NCBI GenBank assembly: GCA_021824095.1
Contig: JAKALQ010000003.1
Coordinates: forward strand, 1-63,305
Source: Actinomycetes bacterium
Lineage (GTDB): Bacteria > Actinomycetota > Actinomycetes > S36-B12 > UBA5976
Direction of reading: 5' to 3'
Length of the DNA stretch: 63,305 nt
Position numbers and translations under genes: made by a program. Positions 56,627 through 63,305 of this stretch are shown in pieces. The first letter of the stretch is position 1. Each line of letters opens with the position of its first letter. The notes under the pieces are model-generated. The model did no database searches. It worked only from the letters and a program-made list of their open reading frames with translations, and had not been told where the DNA came from.

Positions 56627-57658
56627 ATGAATCGCATTGCGACCCGCGTGATCGTGGGTGCGGCGACGCTGACCGCGGCATCGACGCTCGTCGTCGGCAC
56701 CGCCTTCGCGGACACCGCGGCGACGCTGAAGCTCAGCGTCGTGTCGAAGCCCGTCGTCAGCGCCGTCACCGGGGCGGTCATCGTCGACGGTGGCATCTCC
56801 GCGACGGCAAGCGTCCCGGGCACCGTGGCCTTCAGCACCGCTGCTGACACCGCCACCGCCGGCACGCCGATCAAGGGCTGCGAGGCCGTGCCCACCGCCA
56901 CCACAGCGCCCTACACCGCGATGTGCAACCCGTGGGATCCGGCCGCACCTGGCACGATCTACATCAACGCCACGCTGACCCCCACCGACACCACGCTGGC
57001 GAAGGTCACCACCTCGCTGGTCTGGGTCGTCGGCAAGCCGATCAACGAGTACTCGACGAACGGTGACATCTCGCTCTACGTCGACACCGTGAACGGCGGC
57101 AGCACCCCGGCGAGCCTCGGGAACGGCAGCGCCGCAACGCAGTACTACGCCAGTGGCGGCTGCCTCCTCATGAACCAGTTCATGCAGGGCCAGCAGATCG
57201 TCTTCCGTGTCTACGCCAACGACTACGCTCGCGGCGGCGTGCCGCTCACGGGCAATGACGCGCAGATGCAGATCAAGATCGCCGGTTGGGACACCCCGGT
57301 GAACATGTCGTACGGCGACCACAGCGGCACCGCCTTCTGGGCCGGCGCCCTCAACACCGGCGCGCAGGGCAGCGGCAAGTTCTCGGCGCTCGGTCGCATC
57401 GACTACACGATCAACATCACGATGATCGAGAAGCCGGCCGTCACGAAGGACGTCACCGTCACCAAGTACGTGAAGGTCGTCAACCCGAAGACGAAGAAGG
57501 CCGTGAAGGTCAACGGCGCCTACGTCTGGAAGCCGGTCAAGGTGAAGTCGACGCAGGTCGTCACCCCCGCCGTCACCGGCCAGACGCTGTCGTTCACGCC
57601 GGCGGCCTGGCAGGCAGCGACCTCCGTCCTCACGCTGTCGGCCGCACCGAAGGCGTAA
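56627..57658 (+). CDS. Exported protein with an N-terminal Ig-like domain (unknown function)
   Basis: It has the signal peptide MNRIATRVIVGAATLTAASTLVVGTAFA. GAAGGA lies 9 nt before the ATG at 56627. It has a K-rich C-terminal segment. Confidence 0.6.
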   Translation: MNRIATRVIVGAATLTAASTLVVGTAFADTAATLKLSVVSKPVVSAVTGAVIVDGGISATASVPGTVAFSTAADTATAGTPIKGCEAVPTATTAPYTAMCNPWDPAAPGTIYINATLTPTDTTLAKVTTSLVWVVGKPINEYSTNGDISLYVDTVNGGSTPASLGNGSAATQYYASGGCLLMNQFMQGQQIVFRVYANDYARGGVPLTGNDAQMQIKIAGWDTPVNMSYGDHSGTAFWAGALNTGAQGSGKFSALGRIDYTINITMIEKPAVTKDVTVTKYVKVVNPKTKKAVKVNGAYVWKPVKVKSTQVVTPAVTGQTLSFTPAAWQAATSVLTLSAAPKA

Positions 57659-57800
57659 CCGCACGACACCTGGGTTCCAGTGGGCCCCACGCCTCCCCGT
57701 GGGATGCGTGTGGGCCTGCTGGAACCCTTGCCATGACAGGGCATCGACGCCCCTCCCGCCGCACCAGCGGCACCCCGTACGACGAGACCGAGAGACCGAC

Positions 57801-59480
57801 ATGAAGCGACACCTTCGGGCGATCACCGCCACTGCCGCGCTGGCCCTGCTCCTCCCCCTCGGGATGACGAGCACCGCGAGTGCCGACATGACCCCGTACA
57901 CGCTGCCCGCACCGCCGGAGATCGCAGCGCAGTACCCGCTGCCATTCACCGGCACCCTCACCCCGGCCCCCGTGCCCGTGGCCAACGCCAAGGCGGTCAA
58001 CGCCGTTCCAGACAATGGCGTCGTCGGCACCCCCTTCACCCTCTCGGCCACCGGCCTCCCCGCCAACGCCACCGTCACCCTCGTCTGGGGCACGACGCAG
58101 GCGGCCTGGCGCGCTGAGGTCGACCCCACCACCGTGAACTACCGCGGCACCAGCTACACGAAGATCAACGTCATCATGGGCACCGTCACCACGGACGCCA
58201 ATGGGGCCTTCACCTTCGCCACCAAGGCGCCCGTCGACTTCGGTTCCGTGCATGACATCTACGCGCTGGTGAACGGCGTCGTCGTGGGCAAGGGTGGCTT
58301 CGAGATCCGCCGCTCCGTGTCGATCACGCCGACGAGCGGCCCCATCGGCACGCCCATCCACATCACCTACTCCGGGCTCGGCGCGAGCCTCTACCAGTCC
58401 GGTGGCGCCGTGAACTACGACAACAAGCTCGCCGGCGAGATGCTCGCACTGTGGAACCGCGGCCATGGCACCGCCACGATCATCGCGTCGGGCCGTCCGG
58501 GCATGCATTACATCTCCGTGCAGGACGCCATCGGCATCCAGTACATGAACATCCTGCAGTCGCCGGTGCCGAATGCCACCGGCGCCACCCTCGCCTTCCG
58601 CGTCACCAAGGACCCGGGCATCATCAAGCCCTACTTCACCTGGCCCGAGCAGGTGACGCCTGAGGCGGACGTGCACACCACGATGCAGCTCGACGCCATC
58701 GACCCGCTCGGCTCCAAGGCCGTGGCCACGTTGGCGCCCACGAGCGGCCCCGTGCTGTCGAAGACGCACCTGCATGTCACCGGCCTGCCGGTGGATGGCA
58801 GCGTGGACCTCAAGTTCTCCACCGTCGTTGGCAGCCGCGTCGACTGCCCCAAGGGCAGCACAAGCTGCTGGAAGTTCAATGCCGTGCCCATGGGCACCGG
58901 CACGGTGTCCGGTGGCGTGCTCGACCAGGACGTCACCATCCCGGACAACCTCGGCGGCTTCCACGTCGTGCAGGTGATGCAGGGTGGCAAGCTCATGGCG
59001 CAGGCGCTGTTCTACGTCAAGGAGAGCCTCGACGTGTTCAAGGACAAGAACGGCAAGGTCGTCTCCATCGGCGTCGCGAAGGCGGACAACAGCATCGCGC
59101 ACCTGCCTGCCGGCGTGGGCGCGCCCACCTACACCTTCAAGCAGGGTGAGGAGTTCACCATCAGCGTGCGCGGTGTGGGTTGGACGCAGATGGACAACAC
59201 CATGAACGTCACCTACGACAACTCGCACATCGGGTACGGCTGCGGTTTCAACTCCAATGGCTACATGGTGATCCACCTGGTCGCCACGGGTGAGCCCGGC
59301 ACGCACACCGTCGACCTGTGGCCGAACCTCTACAGCGCCAATCCGTCGTTCGCCGACACGCAGTACGGCATGCTGCCGCTGCTGTCCGGTGGCCACGACT
59401 CACCGGCGCTGGGCCTCGGCTACCAGGTGCCGTCGATCCACTTCACCATCAAGGTCGTCGCCAACGGCAAGGCCAAGTAG
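57801..59480 (+). CDS. Large exported protein with several Ig-like repeats (unknown function)
   Basis: It has the signal peptide MKRHLRAITATAALALLLPLGMTSTASA. It contains recurring modules of the type GxxGTPFTLSATGLPANATVTLVW, GPIGTPIHITYSGLG and SGPVLSKTHLHVTGLPVDGSVDL. Confidence 0.65.
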   Translation: MKRHLRAITATAALALLLPLGMTSTASADMTPYTLPAPPEIAAQYPLPFTGTLTPAPVPVANAKAVNAVPDNGVVGTPFTLSATGLPANATVTLVWGTTQAAWRAEVDPTTVNYRGTSYTKINVIMGTVTTDANGAFTFATKAPVDFGSVHDIYALVNGVVVGKGGFEIRRSVSITPTSGPIGTPIHITYSGLGASLYQSGGAVNYDNKLAGEMLALWNRGHGTATIIASGRPGMHYISVQDAIGIQYMNILQSPVPNATGATLAFRVTKDPGIIKPYFTWPEQVTPEADVHTTMQLDAIDPLGSKAVATLAPTSGPVLSKTHLHVTGLPVDGSVDLKFSTVVGSRVDCPKGSTSCWKFNAVPMGTGTVSGGVLDQDVTIPDNLGGFHVVQVMQGGKLMAQALFYVKESLDVFKDKNGKVVSIGVAKADNSIAHLPAGVGAPTYTFKQGEEFTISVRGVGWTQMDNTMNVTYDNSHIGYGCGFNSNGYMVIHLVATGEPGTHTVDLWPNLYSANPSFADTQYGMLPLLSGGHDSPALGLGYQVPSIHFTIKVVANGKAK

Positions 59481-59490
59481 CAGCACCTGC

Positions 59491-59523
59491 GATGCCCCGT
59501 CACCGGCTCGGTGGCGGGGCATC
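59491..59523. terminator. Bidirectional hairpin between the exported-protein cluster and the convergent MMPL gene
   Basis: GATGCCCCGTCACCG-gct-CGGTGGCGGGGCATC forms a 15-bp stem with one mismatch. Confidence 0.65.
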
Positions 59524-59596
59524 GTCGCGTCCGCCAGCGGGTGCCGTCTTCCGGGCAGGGCAGGGTCGCGGTGGTGCGCACACCGCGCGACATTGC

Positions 59597-61693
59597 TCAG
59601 GCAGACACCGAGGAGTGGTCGACGCCGCCACCCCAGGCCCGCTCCCCCAGGAGCACCAGGACACCGGGGAGCAGCAGCGTGCGCACCACGGCGGCATCGA
59701 TGATGACGCCGGCCACCAGGCCCACACCGAGTTCCTGCAGGCCCGTCACATGCCCGGTGACGAGGCCGGTGAGTGCCGCGACGAGGATCAGTGCGGCCGC
59801 CGTGATCACGCCTGCCGTGCGCTCGAGCCCGAACCCGATGGCCGCCACCGCATCGCGACCCTGCAGGCGCGCCTCCCGGATGCGCGCGACGATGAACACC
59901 TGGTAGTCCATGGACAGGCCGAAGAGCATGGCGAAGAGGAAGACCAGCGCCCAGGCCTCGATCGTCGATTGGTGCAGCAGCACCTGGAACACCAGCACCA
60001 CCACACCGCATGCAGCCGTCACGGAGACGAGGTTGAGCCCCACGGCCACCGCCGGGAGCAAGCGGGTGCGAAAGGCACGGGCCATGAGCAGGTAGGCGAG
60101 CAGCAGCGACGCGATGACGATCCAGGGTGTGGCGCCTTCAATGCGGCGCAGGAAGTCGACGCCGCGGGCAGATGCGCCACCCACCATCACACTCGCACCG
60201 GGTGCGTACCCGTACTGCTGCGGGTCGATGGCACGCAGTCGGTCGATGAGCGCGGCCGTGCCGGCGTCGGCGAAGCCATCCCGTCCGATGATCACCATGC
60301 GCTGGTAGCGCTGCGTGGCGTCGACGAAGAGCGTCGAGGTGTCGGAGACAACCGCGAAGACCCCCGGCAGGTGCGTGAGGGCGGACGCCAATCGGGTGCG
60401 GGCCTGCTCGTCCCGACCCGTCACGGTGCCACCGGGCCGGCCGGTGTCGATCACGAGCGAGTGCGGCGTGATGGCCCCTGCGCCCACGCGTGCGGCAAGG
60501 AAGTCGACGCCGCGCGCGGACTCCAGCTGCTGCGGGATGGCCGTGAGCGAGGCCGGTGCCAGGTGTATGCCGAGCACGGGCAGCGCGACGACGGCGAGCC
60601 CGAGTGTGGCGGTGACGACGACCGTGCGAGGGCGACGTGCGACGAGGGCGGCGAGCCGAGCCCAGCGGGCATCGGCACGGGCATCGTCGAGCACGCCATG
60701 CCAGCCACGTGCCTGCACGCCGCGTTCTCCCAGCAGGGCGAGGAGCACGGGCTGGAGGGTGAGCGCGGCCAGGATGGAGACCACGGGCACGATGAGGCCG
60801 GCAGCGCCAAGCGAGCGCACGAAGGGCACCGGGGTGAGGAACAGCACCGAGAGCCCCACGGCGGCAGTGATACCCGAGATGATGACCGTGCGTCCCGCCG
60901 TCGCCATCGTGCGCACGACCGCATCCGTGCCGTCGCCCTGCCGCGCGCGCACCTCCGCCCGGAATCGGTGCACGAGCAACAGGGCGTAGTCGATGGCGAG
61001 GCCGAGCCCGATGAGCTCAATGACATTGGGGATGTAGAGCACCATCGGCGTGATGAGCGTGACGGCGTACACGAGCAGCAGCGATCCAGCCACCACCGCG
61101 GCCGCGACGACGAAGGGCACGAGCACAGCCCAGCACCAGCCGAGCACGAGCAGCAGGAGCAGCAGCGCGGCCACGACCGCGAGGACGGTGCCACGGTGCA
61201 GATCGTCGGCAAGCACGGGGCGCACGTCATGCTCCAGCGCCGGTGCGCCGGTGACGAGGGCGCCGTCGAGTCCATGCGCGCGCAGGGATGCCCGCAGGCG
61301 GTCCGTTGCCGCGGACGCGTCGAGCAGGGGCAGGCGGGTGCCCACGAGTGCGTACAGCACCCCGCCGAGGGCCCGCTGTTGCACCACCGTGGCCGTGGGG
61401 ACGACGCGGACGGCGTCCGTGAGTTCCTGCTCCAGCTGGCGGATGCGGGCGTCACTCGCCTGCCGGAAGTGGACGATGACGGTGAAGGAGCCGTCGGTGT
61501 TGTCGCCGAAGCTGGAGCGCAGCACGGCATCCGCGGCCGCGGATGGCGAACCCGGCACGGCGGTGAGCGCCGTGAGCCGGCCCGGGAGGGCGGTGCTCGC
61601 GAGCAGGCCGGCGAGGCCGATGCAGCACCACAGCACAATGACGAGCGCACGGTGCCGAAGCACCGTGCGCGTCATCGTGTCGAGGCGGTTCAC
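59597..61693 (-). CDS. MMPL/RND-superfamily membrane transporter
   Basis: It has two 6-TM bundles with intervening extracytoplasmic domains and typical MMPL segments (GLGLAIDYALLLVHRF, GLSMDYQVFIVARIRE). The GTG at 61693 overlaps the gabD stop (GTGA); an alternative ATG lies at 61675. Confidence 0.9.
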   Translation of the reverse strand: MNRLDTMTRTVLRHRALVIVLWCCIGLAGLLASTALPGRLTALTAVPGSPSAAADAVLRSSFGDNTDGSFTVIVHFRQASDARIRQLEQELTDAVRVVPTATVVQQRALGGVLYALVGTRLPLLDASAATDRLRASLRAHGLDGALVTGAPALEHDVRPVLADDLHRGTVLAVVAALLLLLLVLGWCWAVLVPFVVAAAVVAGSLLLVYAVTLITPMVLYIPNVIELIGLGLAIDYALLLVHRFRAEVRARQGDGTDAVVRTMATAGRTVIISGITAAVGLSVLFLTPVPFVRSLGAAGLIVPVVSILAALTLQPVLLALLGERGVQARGWHGVLDDARADARWARLAALVARRPRTVVVTATLGLAVVALPVLGIHLAPASLTAIPQQLESARGVDFLAARVGAGAITPHSLVIDTGRPGGTVTGRDEQARTRLASALTHLPGVFAVVSDTSTLFVDATQRYQRMVIIGRDGFADAGTAALIDRLRAIDPQQYGYAPGASVMVGGASARGVDFLRRIEGATPWIVIASLLLAYLLMARAFRTRLLPAVAVGLNLVSVTAACGVVVLVFQVLLHQSTIEAWALVFLFAMLFGLSMDYQVFIVARIREARLQGRDAVAAIGFGLERTAGVITAAALILVAALTGLVTGHVTGLQELGVGLVAGVIIDAAVVRTLLLPGVLVLLGERAWGGGVDHSSVSA

Positions 61694-63141
61694 CAGTCAG
61701 TGGCAACGTACTGGGTCTCGAGGAACTCGTCGATGCCCTCGAACCCGCCCTCGCGGCCGAGGCCCGACTCCTTCACGCCACCGAAGGGCGCGGCCGGGTC
61801 GGACAGCAGCCCACGGTTGAGGCCCACCATGCCCGTCTGCATGCGGCGGCTCAGGCGCAGGCCCTTCGCCAGGTCACGCGTGTAGATGTAGCCGATGAGG
61901 CCGAACTCGGTGGTGTTCGCGAGCGTGAGCGCCTCGTCGTCCGTCTGCACGCGGATGACCGGTGCGACGGGGCCGAAGATCTCGGTGCGGGCGATCACGG
62001 AATCGGCAGGCACGTCGGTGAGCACCGTCGGCGGGTAGAAGGAACCGACGCTCGGCATCGCCGCCGGATCGCCCACGATGCGCTTGGCACCCGAGGCGAG
62101 TGCGCTGTCCACGAGTCCGGCGATCTCATCGCGCTGCTTGTGGCTCACGACGGGACCGACCTGGATGCCGTCCTCGTAACCGGGGCCGACGCTCAGGCCG
62201 GACATGCGGGCCGAGAACTTGGCCACGAACTCGTCGTACACGTCGGTGTGCACATAGAAGCGGTTGGCCGCGGTGCAGGCCTGGCCGCCATTGCGCATCT
62301 TCGCAAGCATCGCGCCCTCGACTGCGGCGTCCACATCGGCGTCGCTGCAGACGATGAAGGGATCGTTGCCGCCGAGCTCCATGGAGACGCGGAGCACGCG
62401 CTCGGCCGTCTGGTGCAGCAGCTTCTTGCCCACGAAGGTGGAGCCGGTGAACGAGAGCTTCTGCACGCGCTCATCGGCGAGGATGGCGCTCGACACCGCT
62501 GACGCGGAGTGCGTCGTGATGACGTTGACGACGCCGGCGGGCAGGCCCGCCTCCTCCATGAGCTTCGCGATGTAGAGCGTGGTGAGCGGCGTCTCGGCTG
62601 CCGGCTTCACCACGACGGTGCAACCGGCGGCGACGGCCGGGCCGATCTTGCGGGTGGCCATGGCGGCCGGGAAGTTCCAGGGGGTGATGAAGTAGCAGAC
62701 GCCGACCGGCACCCGGTTGGTCATGATCCACTTGTCACCAGCGGGGGCGCGGCGCACCTCGCCACCGATGCGCACGGCCTCCTCCGAGAACCAGCGGAAG
62801 AACTCCGCCGCGTAGTTGACCTCTGCCCGCGAGTCAGCGAGCGCCTTGCCCATCTCCTGCGTGATGAGCAGCGCGATCTCCTCGCGGCGCTCGATCATGA
62901 GCTCGTAGGTCTTGCGCAGCACCTCACCACGGACGCGCGGCGCCGTGTCCGCCCACTGCTGGCCGGCGGTGTACGCCGCCTCGACGGCCGCCAGGCCGTC
63001 AGCCTCGGCCATGTCCGGCACCTCGCACAGCGGCTGGTCGGTGGCCGGGTTCAGCACGGGGAAGGTCTTGCCGGAGGCGGCGCCGATCCAGGCTCCGCCG
63101 ATGAGGTTGCGAGTGGGCACATTCGGTGACAGGGCAGTCAT
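61690..63141 (-). CDS. gabD: NAD(P)-dependent succinate-semialdehyde dehydrogenase
   Basis: It shows [20 protein letters not shown], and a catalytic Cys region [16 protein letters not shown] lies upstream of the ATG at 63141. Confidence 0.9.
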   Translation of the reverse strand: MTALSPNVPTRNLIGGAWIGAASGKTFPVLNPATDQPLCEVPDMAEADGLAAVEAAYTAGQQWADTAPRVRGEVLRKTYELMIERREEIALLITQEMGKALADSRAEVNYAAEFFRWFSEEAVRIGGEVRRAPAGDKWIMTNRVPVGVCYFITPWNFPAAMATRKIGPAVAAGCTVVVKPAAETPLTTLYIAKLMEEAGLPAGVVNVITTHSASAVSSAILADERVQKLSFTGSTFVGKKLLHQTAERVLRVSMELGGNDPFIVCSDADVDAAVEGAMLAKMRNGGQACTAANRFYVHTDVYDEFVAKFSARMSGLSVGPGYEDGIQVGPVVSHKQRDEIAGLVDSALASGAKRIVGDPAAMPSVGSFYPPTVLTDVPADSVIARTEIFGPVAPVIRVQTDDEALTLANTTEFGLIGYIYTRDLAKGLRLSRRMQTGMVGLNRGLLSDPAAPFGGVKESGLGREGGFEGIDEFLETQYVATDW

Positions 63142-63278
63142 GGTTCCTCCAGAGGATGCAATCCTCGCACCCCCCTCGACGGCCCCGCGCCGGAGGCCGA
63201 CCACCCGCGGCCGAGGGGCCGTCACGTGCGCCGAACATGCCGCCCTCGACGATGCTTGACCCGCAACCTACGAGTCCG

Positions 63279-63298
63279 TAACCTACGGAGACGTAGGT
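63279..63298. promoter_or_regulatory. 8-4-8 palindrome AACCTACG-gaga-CGTAGGTT with an extra direct half-site
   Basis: A third AACCTACG lies at 63264-63271. A TTGACC at 63255-63260 and a TAACCT at 63278-63283, spaced 17 nt apart, look like a rightward promoter at the window edge. Confidence 0.35.
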
Positions 63299-63305
63299 TC
63301 TCCCG

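Overview
This is a very GC-rich (by eye about 70%) chromosomal segment from an Actinomycetota bacterium with Micrococcales-like gene order. I call about 58 protein genes, one tRNA-Asn, several hairpin terminators and a set of recognisable operator sites. Nt 3.5-32 kb is the conserved actinobacterial core block: dnaG-dgt-(DUF218)-dus-glyQS, a ZIP-zur zinc module, uppS-recO, era-(EamA)-(DUF21/CBS)-ybeY-phoH-HIT-rsmE-dnaJ-hrcA with a CIRCE element, hemW-MFS-lepA, a GGDEF/EAL protein and rpsT. Next come an SOS-box-controlled small-protein/dnaE2/dinB damage cassette, a GT39 glycosyltransferase and a MerR-HTH/TOBE regulator with modAB. An accessory-looking segment at 42.5-49 kb holds two YbaK-type deacylases, a methyltransferase, chrA, GNAT, MarR, ClC and LysE. 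The window ends with an Fpg/Nei glycosylase, an MFS gene, glnA, glpK, a cluster of signal-peptide proteins of unknown function (54.5-59.5 kb), an MMPL transporter and gabD. Most very long ORFs in the six-frame track lie antisense to these genes and are GC-driven shadow ORFs. No CRISPR array, transposase, integrase or recognisable defence system is visible. The most unusual items, all unverified without searches: (1) a 59-60 bp terminal-inverted-repeat element present three times in the accessory segment; (2) an exported-protein cluster behind an atypically GC-poor 240-nt leader; (3) a 157-bp tandem duplication carrying four identical 18-bp palindromic boxes next to tRNA-Asn and upstream of a TlpA/NapH-like redox operon; (4) an unlisted, apparently leaderless 44-codon Cys-rich membrane peptide divergent from the mod genes; (5) a dnaE2 cassette with no imuB but a catalytically intact dinB.
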